NCBI GenBank assembly: GCA_043228905.1
Contig: JBHGNT010000017.1
Location: 13,516,001-13,580,000, forward strand
Length of the DNA: 64,000 nt
Source: Azolla caroliniana
Lineage: Eukaryota > Plantae > Polypodiophyta
Direction: 5' to 3'
The notes under the pieces are model-generated. The model had not been told where the DNA came from. It made no database searches and saw only the letters and a program-made list of their open reading frames with translations. This document shows, in pieces, positions 23,501-36,677 of the stretch; the first letter of the stretch is position 1, and each line of letters starts with the position of its first letter. The translations under genes were made by a program, and so were the position numbers.

Positions 23501-26500
23501 TCCAGCTTAGTCTCTATCATCTTGAGGATTGATTGTGCTTTCTTTGTATCTCTAATAGGCTTTATAAATTTTTTATATTTGAGTAGGGCTCTGAACTAGC
23601 TGCAGACAAAACACTGTGTGCATCTGCTTATGCAGCATGCAAGACACTTGTTGAGGAGCTCACAGAACAACGATTCCCGGCACCCCGGATTCTCTCCTTT
23701 AAGGTAATGTCAATTTACTTTATTAATTCCAAAATTTGATCCGCTTAAATGTGATTCAATTACACCTCTTGAAGTCTGGATTATTGTTCAAGTAGTTATA
23801 TAAGATATGATTGACATGTTGGTTGTATCCTATTACTTCTCTTAAGAAAATAAGGTCGGAAGTAATACCTTTCATGTCTATATCTTTAAAAAGAATATTC
23901 ACAAGATAGGGTTTCTTGAAAGTCTTTGTACATATACTCAAATATTAGGGATTCCTATTATCTTCATTTTTGAAGGAACCTTTGACACAATGCATTTTAA
24001 CTCCCATGTCTTCTTTTGCCCATCTATAGTTTCTTCTTTTCTGCGGAGAGTTGAATATTTCCACTCTATTTCTTTTATCTATATTGCTAATTGTGGGCTT
24101 GATAATCATGATGTGGGCAACAAGCAACTGGATTGTGACTGTCAAATAGGTTGCAATCAGGCATGGAAAAACTTGGGAACCACCAGTTCTGGAATTGCAT
24201 TCTTAAATTTTGAGAGAGTTGTCTAGGATGAGTACTTTCATAATCATGTAGTGTATGTAAATGTTTCAGACATACTAAATAGAGTTTCGCTCCCCATGGG
24301 ATGTAAATAGTCATGAATGATGAAAATATCAATTTTAAATATGCACAAATATTGCATCTGTACAGGATATATGCATATTAATCCTCACAAGGAAGAGATA
24401 AATTAGCTTCATGCTGATTGAGTTGAAGAGCAAGAAATCGAAAACCAAATTAATTTTGTGCTAATTGTGTAGTTAACCTTGCTAATCCTCTTGGATTAGT
24501 GCTCCTTAATCTTCTTTTTGTTCAAATGATTCCTGAAGAATAGGTGTTTTGCATTTTTCCTAAAATAATTTCAGCTTTTCCCCCTGTTTTAGACATTCAT
24601 CTAGCCTTTTGTCAATTTGGTTGATTCTAGCATTTTAGGTTGATTCCAGACCTCAAAAGATCGACTGTAAGACACCTTAATTTTCCTTCCCTTTTGCAAA
24701 TCGTGCAAATGACCACTTTTGGCCCATGTTGTATTTGAACCTATGTTGTGTTGACAAGACACTCTACCAACCAAGCTAGCATGCTTGAAGACATTTTTAT
24801 TTATTTTTCTTTTTCCCTTATCCTCGTCTGCCCTTTTGACTCAACAAAAATCCAAGCTATATTGGAATAGGGGTAGTGCATTTATGGTTATGCCACGTGA
24901 CTCGAAAAATATTGCCTTTCAGCATACCAACAATGAATATCTCTATGTTCAGCAAGTTATTTTGACTCCCAAAGCCGTTCGATACCGGTCATTGATCAAA
25001 ATAATGACTCAGTGATTCTTGGGGCTGCTCCCATCTCCACCCAAATTATATCATGGGGCATCAGTACTTTGCACGTTATGTGTAGAATTGTGTGTATGCC
25101 ACCTTTTCCTCTCCCAATAAGAATTCTAGCTCTGATCTTGTTACCCATGCTTGAGCAGTATTACATACCATCACTTTATTGCTATGTAGGTTTGCCGAAA
25201 AACTTTGTTGCTACAAAATGTTTTTTTAAAGGCGTTTCGATGTCTTTGTAGTACCTTAGGAAAGTTGGAGATGAACACAATATCATCAGCTTATAGTAAT
25301 ATTTGTATGGGTATATCAGCTAGGCATCAAACCGCGGATTCTCTCCATGTAATGCGATACCTCTTCTATATAGAGACCACAGAGAGTGGGCATCCGTGTT
25401 TTACTCCAGTTCTGCTAGCCACAGCCTTCCACAACCCATTGGGAGATCGCACTTTTGTTGACACAGATTCATACAGTGCATAGATTTACCATTGCATATC
25501 TATGGGGACAGCCAAAACATCTAGCTGCTGAAATGACGGAGCGTGCGATAGTGTCAAAGGCTTTTCAGAATCTACAAAGTAGCAATAATATTTTTTTTAA
25601 GGGGGCTGCCCTCGATAAAGGCTCAGAGAGTCGGGTTCATATTTGAAAAAAGACAGGAATGCCTTTCGAAAGAAAACCTGCTTGTCTAGTTGAATGGCAG
25701 CCATTCCCCTCCGCTCATAAACTCAATTCTTACTCTAGGATTGAGCCCATATGGTTACACGTAATGACATCCGGACAAATTGAGTGAAGAAAGCCTTAGT
25801 ATCTGCAAATGAGAAGCTCCGCCGATCCACCTGTGAAAAGAACCCCGTAAGCCGATTCGGCTACGATGAGTATATGGCGTACCATTACGCCTTTATGATG
25901 AAGGTAGCAATTGTATGGGAGCCGGAAACCTTTTCCGAAGCCGCGAAGGACCCGCGATGGATCGAAGCAATGAACAAGGAGATGCGTGCCGTATGCAAGA
26001 ACGAGACATGGGATCTCGTTCCCCACTCACCGCACAAGAAGACAATTGGCTGCAGATGGATTTACAAGGTGCCCTGGAACAAGTGATGCACATGTGCTTC
26101 AAATTTCGCCAAATATAATATCTTGTTCTTCCTCACAAGGTGTTGGAAGGTTTCTCTTGCAAGCGTCTCCTTGTATATGACATTCTGCATCACTCTACCA
26201 GGTTTCGGTTCAATGCTTATCGTGTGGGAAAAGGCATTTGTGGGTGCATTATGCAATGACTATCCTTGTGTGACTTCCTCTAGGGGTGTGAAAGGATCCA
26301 AATTTAGGATGCCATTGTATATTCCACAACTATATGCATCAACTGTCTCCCAGTTAAATTGGTATTTAGACAGCCCACTCTCGTTCTTAGCATATGCATC
26401 TGTTGTGCATCTATCCTTCACCTCAAAGCATAGATATGCATGATCTGCTGCCAAGCCAATAGATCTACCAGAGATATTGAACTCCATTATTTCGGGTATA

Positions 26501-29500
26501 TGGGATGGAGATCAAATCAGGTAATCCATTGTGCTGGAATCTCCCTTTCGGTTCCAAATGTCAAAGCATCTGATCTGGGCCATTGTGACAAGCCAGTATA
26601 TATCACAAATGCATGTGCATTTCCCAAGGCTAGAAAGTGTATGTCATATTCTGTTACTTCTCTCATATCTTGAGTTTGGTGCTTTAGATCAACTTCTGCC
26701 ATAACTTCTCCATACATAGTCTCTCATGTGTCAAACATAATTGTTTGTTTGTCTTTAGTTTGTGCTTTGAAGTCTCCTAATAGTACAAAATCCGCCCATA
26801 GTAGCAAAACTTTGTGATATCATCATATCATGGTAGACATGGTGATTCTCTGAGAGGTGCAAACCTCGAGTAGGCAGGTGGAAAGTAGCAAATTGCAATA
26901 TATAATTCTCTAAGATTCCCTCGAGCCTCTAGTATTTTGTGGTATCCGTGTTTGGGGGTGCCATACTGATTCCCATCTATATAGCGATATTTATTTTCTT
27001 GAAGGTATCTTCAAATACCTGGCATCTGTCCTTAGAGATCCATTGCAATTCCATATAGTCATGCATCTCATAGGCCATACAGATAATAAAATGATCTTTG
27101 TGTCTTTATATACAGCCCATTTTTCTGCCTTTTTTGTGTTGAGCACTCATGGCATGTTTCTTTGTGGGGGTGCTACTTGAGCTGGAATGAGATCATCATG
27201 TAAATATATATTGTCACCCTTGAGCGCCCTTCTCTTGGATAGGAAAGAGATGTAAAATGATCATGAATGATGAGAATATAGACATATGTACACAAACTCC
27301 AACATTTCATCTTCCTCATAGTAATTTAGCTACAGATATGAGTGTATCTAAGGTGTAGGTTGCAATCTTATTTGTACTTGTTTAGCACTTCTTTGCTATT
27401 CTAGAATGGGTTACAATAAGCCGAGCATTAACAATCTATCATTCAGCAAAGCTGTGCCCACCTGAACCATGATCTCATCACCCTTTTCATTGACAAGCAT
27501 TATCACCCAACACTGAAATTCTTTCCTTGCTTCAGAGCCCTCCCCATCTCGCACTGACCTATAGTGGAGTTATGTCACCGGGGGAAGTTTCAATCAAGCT
27601 AATCTTTACGACGCTACATGATTATCTAACAGAAATATCGATATTTTTGCAAGACCATGGAATACCTATATATATATCCTTACCCAATTGCTTGATGGAT
27701 AACCAGGGTATCATGGAACGTTTTAACATTTATTAATCTTTACCTATTTAATGGTTCCAATGCGGAACAACATTTTCAGATGTTAACTATTTGCTGAATG
27801 ATATTAGTCATTTAATCTCTTCATGAACAACTGATTTTGTTAAGGAAACTCCTTGAATAAGGATGCATATGCTAGAGTTTAGGATGTGGTGTATATATAG
27901 GGAGACATATTCATGAATTGGGAGCTTTTTTTGGCTACATATCAATTTGTAATACATATTGAAATTCAAGTATGTCATATAAAGTTTACGGTAGCTTCAA
28001 ATATTCGATTCAAGATTGAAGTAATTATAGAAATATGCTGCTGTAATTGATGACAGAGGGTAAATTAATAGATCACTAATGATAAGAATGGGAAAAATCA
28101 GGAAAACGTTGGCTGTTTGGAAATGTTTGGTGCAAGGAAGGGGATTGTGGTGAATCTAGCCATAGTATAAAGTCTACCCTAGCTGTAATTATAGAAAATC
28201 TAACCTAAAACAAATCTATCCTAGCTGTTTGAAATGACTGTTTCCCCAGAGGGAAGTGATTGATGACTGATTTATTTAAAGCTAAGACATGTGCATTTTC
28301 TGGAACCTATGCCACATCCAGAGGCTAACCACAAAGTGTCAATCTTTGTGATCTCTCTTGCCAAAGGCACCTGATAGACATAACCAAGTTGTGACGTGAT
28401 TTCGATAAGACATTTCCAGAAAAAAGTACATAATGTAATGTATTCTTTGAGGGAAAGAAAAAAAGATGTAACATCTTTTAAGAAGTTAAGGCCCTTGCCC
28501 TCCTCTCGAGCTTGCCGGCGAGCTGGGAGGTATTTTGCACAACATTCGCCAATAGTTGTCCAAATCTCAATTTGGATGAAACAATCGGACAAGTCCTGAC
28601 TGAGAACATTCGGCGACGATCGATGGGTCTCACCATCGATGATTCGGTAGAAGTTCACCACTCAACTGAGCAAAGTCGGAAGAGCCGCCCGAAGTACTAG
28701 TCGGCCAAAGAGGAAGGAAGATTGGCAGCGGTCGAAGTCGAGAAATAGTCGGTCGAACACCTTCTGCACACATTGCAAAAAGGCCGGCCACAATGTTTCC
28801 GACTGCTGGTTGATAAAGAGAAAGGAGAACAGTCGGCGATTCGATCGGACACAAGGACAATCCGATTCGAATCATTCCCCTACTGGCAACCAAGTCAATG
28901 TTGTTGAATCCCGGTCTGGAGAAGTTCTCTCCTTGGAAGACTCCTTGACTGGTTAAGTCCTCAACAGCGTGCAAGACGCACGAACGTGGCTGTTGGACTT
29001 TGGGCCACATTTCACATGACCCCCGACATCGAATGGTTTTTGGACTATTCGGCCGGAGCCGGTGGCACAGTTTGACTCGGCAACGGGCAGGATCAGCTAG
29101 GTCCCCATTCAATTGCCGAATGGCAATTCAGTCACCCTGCACATAAAAATCCCCCTTATGAACAGGTAAATGAGGTCCTTTGGTAGGTTAAAAATTGTTC
29201 ACATTTTTTCACATCATGCATTAGCTTTACCTTCTAGGGTCATGTTGCAAACATTACTAAATTCTTTTACTTTTTGTTGTGCCGGTGCTTTGATGAAACT
29301 AATATGGGTTTTTCTTGTTTCATACATTAGCATGAATAATAATTTAAGAGAGTCAATACTGTTCTTTGATTTGCAGGAAGGTACTTCACAAGCAAGATAT
29401 CTTCAAGCAAGACTTATTCCTGCACATAAAGATCCCCCTTATGAACAGGTAAGTGAGGTCCTTTGGCAGGTTAAAAATTGTTCACATTTTTTAACTATCT

Positions 29501-29789
29501 TCTCATGATTTGAGGTTTTATTTGTTTAATGTGAGAATCAGGAAATTACTTATGTTTTTTGCTTATTTGTAGTTGGGGTTTCTAGTTTCAAGGTTTTTCT
29601 TTCAGTGTGAAATTCTCTACTGAAATATGCACGTTCCTCGTTTTCTTTTAGGAAGCAAGATTTCCACAATTGCGGACTTTGACGCCAGAGAAAAGGGCAA
29701 ATTTAAAAAGCAAGTTTTACTATGTGGATGATTTGAGTTTTTGCGAATGGATGCGGAGTCTAAAGCTTCTCCCAGCTGAGCCTCATTGA
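20575..29789 (+). CDS. SEC23: Sec23/Sec24-family COPII coat protein (plant SEC23A-type with Pro-rich N-terminus), about 884 aa. Exons 20575-21081, 21665-23485, 23587-23703, 29377-29448, 29652-29789
   Basis: Zn finger RCQNCGAF..WKCPFC, vWA trunk (ILIDES, GIITYG, RCMGTAVEVA), LRRGPLL, LDHGTDVFIW, RFPAPR, EGTSQARYL.ARLIP. All introns are GT-AG phase 0 and the joined frame is open. Confidence 0.93.
25190..27120 (-). mobile_element. Highly decayed non-LTR retrotransposon (APE + RT) in Sec23 intron 3
   Basis: Minus-strand remnants TIWNCNGS, ICYFPP, LLGDF, TVDYL (endonuclease) and GVKHGCPLS, ILL*ADDIV (RT). Confidence 0.7.
25783..26070 (+). mobile_element. copia IN-RT linker/RT-start fragment (family of E/F/G) inside the intronic LINE
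   Basis: EKLRRS..KNPVSRFGY, EPETFSEA..W.EAM, TWDLV, GCRWIYKV; homologous to 47960-48140 and 56580-56830. Confidence 0.85.
28592..29143 (+). mobile_element. copia gag-protease fragment in Sec23 intron 3
   Basis: Zinc knuckle CTHCKKAGHNVSDCW followed by TWLLDFG..FHMTP protease motif. Confidence 0.8.
29136..29209 (+). repeat. 74-bp duplicate of the Sec23 exon 4 3' end plus donor site (29419-29492)
   Basis: 71/74 identical by manual comparison. Confidence 0.92.
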
Positions 29790-31535
29790 GTTAAGATGGG
29801 GTGGGCTGAGAGAACAAGAAAAAGAAAACTATATGCATTTATTCTTTTATGTATTCCCCCTTTGTCTCTCCCATCTTTGTCAAAATTCGGATGTCCTCGA
29901 GATTATCTCTACAACAGGTTGTTAATGTAGGGGTTGTTAATGTGGAAGACGGATATTGAGTGTAGGGAAATCAAAAAACAATTCTTCTAGATATTCAACC
30001 ACATATTGTTTTTACTTGATAATGCGTCGGTAAATGTTTTTCCATACATTTATGGATCAAGTCCCTATATCATCACTTCTGAAAAATGATGGTACTTATG
30101 GGAGAGGATCATGTAATTTGATTAAGGTTCATTCCTTAGGAATGGTCATAATTTTGCTCATTTGAGCCACAACTTTATATGATGTGCACCAAGTTCCTAC
30201 TTGCATTTGTTATTTTTGATTAAACACCATTTTTGTTTCCTAATTGTACGCTTAGTTGCTATCTGCTTGATCCTCACCCACCGAGCAGTAGTAAGTACAT
30301 GTCGGGAGTTGAAGAATTTAAAGATTCTGTTGAAAACTTAATATGAATTGTTAATGAGGCAATAATGGACATTAAAGGGCCCACACTTCCTTGTTATAGG
30401 TTTAGAATCAATTTGATTGTTTGAGTCAAATTGGTGTTCATGAGTAGAAATGAACTCACAAGTCAAATAAACAAACTACCTACCTATTGCCATGAACCTA
30501 GTTATTGTGGTGTGGGTGGTGGTATCTTGGCACAAGGTGTAAAACAACAAATTTGGCCTCTTTTCTACCTTCCCACAAGGTTGTAGTGAGGCAAAGCTTG
30601 ACGCCTAGTTGTGTGAAGAGTTCCGTTCCTTCATTACTATTCAACTCCCCACATTATCCACAATTTTCCCTACCTACACATCGACCTTGACAAATGACAT
30701 CTTTTGATACGGAATGGTAGAAAATGTTTTAGTCTTGTTTCTCAGCACTCTCCCTTCAACTTGGTTCGTAAGGTCCAATCCCCAATCCTATGCACTAACC
30801 ACTTATGTCTTCCAATGAATGGGCACTAACCACTGTGTTCACCATGCATCTGTAGCACACTACTAGTGAGTAGGTTGGGTGAATCTCATCCTCGTGTCTC
30901 GGATTTAAGCATATATTGGCAAGCCGTGTACGACTCTACGAACTGCGACAGATCTTCGTATATCCGCAGCCACTCACTGTTAGTATGGTTTTTCCTTGAG
31001 GTTTAGGAACATCGCCCGAGTGGCTCTCTGTGCCCTGCCCATGGGCTATTATTGTATTGTGGAATTGTGTCCGAAGATTGGGTCTTTCTTTCGTCGGCAT
31101 TACCACTTCACATCTTCTTCTCTTGTGTGCCTCCTCTTTATAGTTTTAAGGGCTCCATCTTGTTGCAGTCATAATCAATGAGAGCTATATGTATAACAGT
31201 ATATATACATAATACATATATAAGACCTGACTGTGGTGAATCAGGTAGATCTGACTCATGCCATGTATATCGCCCACTTCAGAGCTTTCCCCCCGCATGT
31301 AAGGTTTCCACCTGCTTCAATTTCTATCCATGGCTCTCTGCACCCCCCCCCCTCCCCCACCCCTTGATCCTTTCCTCATCGCTCTGGTTTGATCCGATCA
31401 GAGAATCCATGGACACTTTTCCCATGTAAGAACCTTTAGCCTTCACATCATGCAAGATTGATTCTTGTTTGTTAGAAAAAGACTGGATTGCGGAAAAAAG
31501 GAAAGAAGCTGAATATCAAACTATATAATTCCGGC

Positions 31536-34370
31536 ATGGCTTCCACCATCATGGAATCCTTGTTTCAACGAACCTTAGAAGACCTTGTGAAAGGGTTAAG
31601 AGTGCAAATGATCGGAGAATCCAGGTACATTTCTAATCATCTCGATGAGATCAGGAAAGAGATCAAATCCACAGATTCAAACACAAAAGCGGTTGCATTG
31701 CAAAAGCTTACATACATAAACATGCTTCAAGGTGTGGATATGGAATGGGCAGCTTTTCACGTCATAGAAGTGATGAGTATGACTAAATTTGAGCATAAGA
31801 AGATAGGGTATTTGGCTGCATCGCAGAGCTTCCATGAAGGAATAGACGTGATTTTGCTCGCCACGAATCAGATTCGTAAGGATCTTTGTAGCACCAATGA
31901 GTATGAGGCAGGTCTCGCATTAGAATGTTTGTCATGTATAGCTACCCATGACTTGGCACAAGAACTCACCCCAGAGGTTTTCACATTGCTGGCTAACGGA
32001 CGACTTTATGTCCGCAAGAGAGCCACACTAGTCATCTTCAAGCTTTTTGCAAAGTATCCCGAGGCCGTCCGAATTGCTTGTAAACGATTAGTGGAAAAAC
32101 TAGAAGATTCTGACCCTACGGTTGTGTGTGCTGCTGTTTGTGTTTTTTGTGAAATGGCTTTGAAAGACCCTCGGTCTTGTATACCTTTGGCTCCAGAATT
32201 TTACAAGCTTCTTGTTGATTCAAAGCACAATTGGCTTACCATCAAAATCGTGAAGATCTTCGGTGTTTTGACTCCTCTCGAGCCAAGGCTTGTTAAGAAG
32301 ATTGCCGAGCCTCTTTGTGAGCTTATGAAAAAAACAAATGCCAAATCATTGCTTTTAGAATGCATCCGAACTATAATTTCAGGGCTCCCTGATCATGCCG
32401 AAGCTATGAAGCTCGCAGTCGAGAAATTGAAAGGATTACTATTGGAAGAGAATGATCCAAACTTGATTTATTTAGGCCTTCAGACACTGGCAGCCCTGAT
32501 GGTGTCTCATCCTTGGGCTGTTGCAGAGAATAAGTCCATCATTGTAAGAAGCTTAAATGATGAAGATCAGAACATTCAGATGGCTTCGCTTCAATTAATA
32601 CTAGGAATGGTCACAGACACTAATATTATAGAGACTGTTCAAATTCTAATGCAGTATGCAGAGAAGTCACATCCATTGTTTTGCAATGAGCTTATCGGTG
32701 CCATACTTGCAACTTGTAGCAGAGGCCTATATGAGCTTGTTCCTGATTTTGGCTGGTATGTTTCTATACTCGGTAACATTGCTCGGATACCTGGCTCTAC
32801 ACATGGAAAAGAGATAGAGAGACAGTTTGTGGATATCGGCATGAGAGTTAAAGAGGTGAGGGCGGATTTGCTTGCAGTTTCAAGATGCATATTACTTGAC
32901 CCAACTTTGCTAGAGCATGATTCTTTGCACAGAGTTCTATCTGCTGTTGCTTGGATTGCAGGCGAGTATGTTGGATACTCTGCAAATCCTGTTGAGCTCA
33001 TTGAAGCTTTGCTTCAGCCGCGAACTAAGCTTTTGCCATCATCAGTCCGTGCTGTCTATCTCCAATCAGTTCTGAAGGTATTTGTCCATTTCACATTCTT
33101 GTATTTGAGAAACATCCTTGAAAGAAGTGAAATGACGATTATGACAGAAAGTCTCGCATCGACTTTCTCTGATAAAGGAAGCGATCCAGATAACATTAAG
33201 CCAGAGGAAAAAATCGATGTGGCTCTTAAACAGGAAGAAAATGAGGCATTGCCTATGAACAGGTGTATGAATGGCGAACCTGTGGTGAATGACTCTCTTG
33301 AAAGGGTATTGGAGCTCCTAGATATGAATGTAGGCCCACTTGCATTGTGTGATGATGATGTGGAAGTACAAGAACGAGCTTGTAATCTTCAGGGTGTCAC
33401 GAAGGCATTGAGAGAAAAGATGATATTTTCAGAGGTGAAGGGAAATTCTTTGAACAGAGAGGACTCAATTCGGAAGGCATATATGCTGTTTGATTTTCTT
33501 AAGGAGGTTTTCTCTCAGGATTTTGGTCCTGTATCAGTGTTTGCTCAGAGCCGAGTCCCTCTACCTGATGGCTTGGTTCTAGAAGAGAATTTGAATAGCT
33601 TAGATGTGTTGTTTAAAGATGAGGAGAAACTCAGGGAAAGCTGGAAAGATTGGAGCATTGGTGAACATTCACAACTAATACAAGAATGGGAATTGGCTTC
33701 TATATCTGGTGTGGGAAAACGTGAGGTTTCTTCCAAGAATGAAGAGTCATCGGCCCTCTTAACTGAGCACCGCCAGCGTCATGGAACCTTTTATTTACCA
33801 GTTGAGAAGGAATCCTCAAGAGGTAATGAATATCCTCCGCCTCAAATGGTGAATTCAGACGACATTCCTGATACATCAGGAACAGCATCTGAGGGTATAA
33901 TGAAGCTAGCAGATCAGCCATCTCTCTGGTCGAAAACTCGTCGAACTACACCTCGTCCTGTAATCATTAGGCTTGATGATTCCGAGGAAGCTTTAATGAT
34001 CCCGTCAATTAAACCAAAGAAAGACTTGAAGGATGATGTTATATCTAGTGCCATCAGGGATGTTCTTGTGGGAGAAAAAAGCAAGAAATTATCAGAAGGT
34101 GAAGGTAAAGTAATGAGCATGGTTTCACATCATCATAGAAGAAGTCATCGTAAAGGTCAACGAAGTGATAAGAATGGATCAGCTCAAGATTTTATCGGTG
34201 CCGAGAACATTGTAGAAGAAGGGATGAAGAAGAAAAGTAGACGAAAATCAATTTCCTCTTCTGTGACGTCTGAAGGGGAGAACAGTAGAAAGGGAAGAAC
34301 ACGACAAAGGGCTAAAAGTCCGGTTAGTTTGCCACCTCAAGCAGCTGTCATTCCGGATTTTCTCTTATAG
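31536..34370 (+). CDS. AP3D: AP-3 complex subunit delta (delta-adaptin), intronless CDS, 944 aa
   Basis: MESLFQRTLEDLVKGLR, KKIGYLAASQSF, PLAPEFYKLL..NWLTIKIVKIFG.LTPLEPRL, WIAGEY, DVEVQERA, PVSVFAQSRVPLPDGL.L, C-terminal IPDFLL. First ATG at 31536. Confidence 0.95.
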   Translation: MASTIMESLFQRTLEDLVKGLRVQMIGESRYISNHLDEIRKEIKSTDSNTKAVALQKLTYINMLQGVDMEWAAFHVIEVMSMTKFEHKKIGYLAASQSFHEGIDVILLATNQIRKDLCSTNEYEAGLALECLSCIATHDLAQELTPEVFTLLANGRLYVRKRATLVIFKLFAKYPEAVRIACKRLVEKLEDSDPTVVCAAVCVFCEMALKDPRSCIPLAPEFYKLLVDSKHNWLTIKIVKIFGVLTPLEPRLVKKIAEPLCELMKKTNAKSLLLECIRTIISGLPDHAEAMKLAVEKLKGLLLEENDPNLIYLGLQTLAALMVSHPWAVAENKSIIVRSLNDEDQNIQMASLQLILGMVTDTNIIETVQILMQYAEKSHPLFCNELIGAILATCSRGLYELVPDFGWYVSILGNIARIPGSTHGKEIERQFVDIGMRVKEVRADLLAVSRCILLDPTLLEHDSLHRVLSAVAWIAGEYVGYSANPVELIEALLQPRTKLLPSSVRAVYLQSVLKVFVHFTFLYLRNILERSEMTIMTESLASTFSDKGSDPDNIKPEEKIDVALKQEENEALPMNRCMNGEPVVNDSLERVLELLDMNVGPLALCDDDVEVQERACNLQGVTKALREKMIFSEVKGNSLNREDSIRKAYMLFDFLKEVFSQDFGPVSVFAQSRVPLPDGLVLEENLNSLDVLFKDEEKLRESWKDWSIGEHSQLIQEWELASISGVGKREVSSKNEESSALLTEHRQRHGTFYLPVEKESSRGNEYPPPQMVNSDDIPDTSGTASEGIMKLADQPSLWSKTRRTTPRPVIIRLDDSEEALMIPSIKPKKDLKDDVISSAIRDVLVGEKSKKLSEGEGKVMSMVSHHHRRSHRKGQRSDKNGSAQDFIGAENIVEEGMKKKSRRKSISSSVTSEGENSRKGRTRQRAKSPVSLPPQAAVIPDFLL

Positions 34371-36677
34371 ATAAAACCAGTTATTTTTTACTCAGAAGCA
34401 AAGTTGTGATGTGACATCTTTCCTTTGGTCATTTTTCTCCATTAGTCAAATATAATTTCCCTGAGTAATTTTAGAAGATTACTCCCGTTACCTGGTGATT
34501 ATATTCATTTTTTGCATCATGCAGCTCTTGTCGTGCACATGTTATGATGATGTCATTCAGAAATCCAAATGTGACTATAGGATGAAGGAAGAGGGTAGCT
34601 AAATGAAAGGCAGAATGAGATTAGATGATGTATTTTTCCAAAATCATCAATGATATAAGGATGTTGTTGGGTTACATGTGAATGCTTTATCTGTTATGTA
34701 TCCCTCTCAAGACTTCTAATTACCTGTAAAACTTGCATAATTCATGAACGATGAGTATATGAATAATATATTTAATTATTCATTGATTACTGATTCAATT
34801 TGAAGCGTATTATGGCTAGCAAGAAGAATGTTGAACCTTATCATTGATGTCATCTTGTTCATTATCCATACAAGTTTGTGGTTGCCTTTTTATAGTGCTG
34901 TTCAGTTTCCAGCCTTTGTTGGATTGAGTACACTTTGATTGAAGTGGTAATAGCGTGTGCACAGTATTGTACCAACAGAGTTCCCTGATTCTTTTTGCTA
35001 ATGATTCCCTCTCTTGCACTATATAATATCATATTGATCCCTCTCTTCCAGATATGCATCAAACAGAAACATCTGGAGTACAGAATCACCACTGCTCTTT
35101 CTTCTCGCACCCTTCATTAGTATTTAAGTAAATAGAAAAACTTAACATAATCTATGCCCTTTTTGGGGCACATCTTCAGAGAGACTGCTAAATGTAAACC
35201 AGTTGCTTAATTTTTCAAAGCCAAGGATTTCGAATAAGGGGACTTCCCATATTGAACAATGGTCTTCATTCTTATGGTTTGATCCAGTTTTAGTATTCCA
35301 TGAAAGTTTAGGATGGAGTTCACGCAGTACATTTACCTTGGTCATATCTTCTGTATCTACTTCAGAGCGGTCATCCTTGTGGCCATGAAGTCCAATTTAG
35401 TTTCATTTTATGCCTATTTATGGGAAAATGTTATTGCGAATTTTTACTGAAATAGCAGGTATGAGGTTGTGCAATTTTATTCTGAGTATCAGTGTCACAA
35501 TACAGGTAACAGCAGCAGTGCCCAAATGCATGAACTAGAAACCGGGCACACCACATCCTGAACAAATTAGTGAAACGGAACAGTAAAAGTATTCTGCTGA
35601 TCTTACCAGCAATCTTATTTACTTTGTCGACATGGATACGCAGACCACACAAAATCTGGTATTTCTTTCCTTGGCTTGAACTTGGAAACCATTGATTGAA
35701 ACCACTAAGTTCATAGCTCGATTTGATATATTCACACATACATACATAAAACTAACAAAAAGCAATTATCTATGAACAAGGTAAATTGTAGGAAATTTCC
35801 CCAAATACATACTGTTTCCCCTTTTCTGACTTTAAAATTGAAAATTTTGGGCATTGTATTATTCAGTTCCTGACTTCGCTCTTGGTTCATGCTCTATGTA
35901 TGCCAAGTTTTTTTTAACTCCTTCCAACACCTTTTCATGGATAAGGTTCAGGAAAACTAAACAACTTCCTGACCATTGTTATATTCCCTTTTGTTGAGTT
36001 TGAAGGTAAGTTCCACACAGACCAACGAGGTCCAAGTAGGTAAAAAGATCATTAAGGTTAGATAGACGTAGCTATATTTAATTCAAAATGATCCAAAAAG
36101 ATTGAAACGTATCATGAAGACTAGCCAGAAGTAACAGAATTTAGTGAAGAACTAGACGACGAGAAAGACATTCCAAGAGTGAAGAGAAGAGAAACCAACC
36201 AACGGATGGAGGAAGAGGAGATCATTCAAAATTTGATGTTCAACAAGCAATCCCATTTGATTTAGATCCATAGTCAAATACAATGAATGATTTCGTCTTG
36301 GTTCACCATTTCATTTTGAAACAACTTGCAAGGGCATCTACACAACTAAGCTGGGCATGACCAGCTTAATGATTAGAATCTTATATAATCACAGTATATA
36401 TCAAACTTTGAAGGTCCAAACAGCAATGCAACAAGCTTTCATTACTCGGATCTACGAGAATTTTCTGGAATTACAAAGAAAACATTTAATAAAAAGATCC
36501 GGATATTTTCACCAACACATTAATGAGTATTGAATATCATAAGATCACACAAAAATGATACAAACTTCAACATCCATTACAAATCATATCGACTTCATTA
36601 TCACAGAAGTCGTTGATCATTTATACCTAGGGGTGGCTCATTTCCTTCTTTAGTAATTATCTCCTGTCATGTATGTA

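Noticed and set aside
26060-26720. Possible endogenous viral or env-like ORF in the Sec23 intron
   Set aside because: Adjacent frames give LINE AP-endonuclease motifs collinear with the RT remnant.
31488-31535. N-terminal extension of AP-3 delta from the ORF track
   Set aside because: Starts at TTG; the eukaryotic start is most likely the ATG at 31536 (or 31551).
20575-34370. Sec23 and AP-3 delta as a functional trafficking cluster
   Set aside because: Two adjacent housekeeping coat genes in different pathways; nothing in the sequence indicates co-regulation without synteny data.
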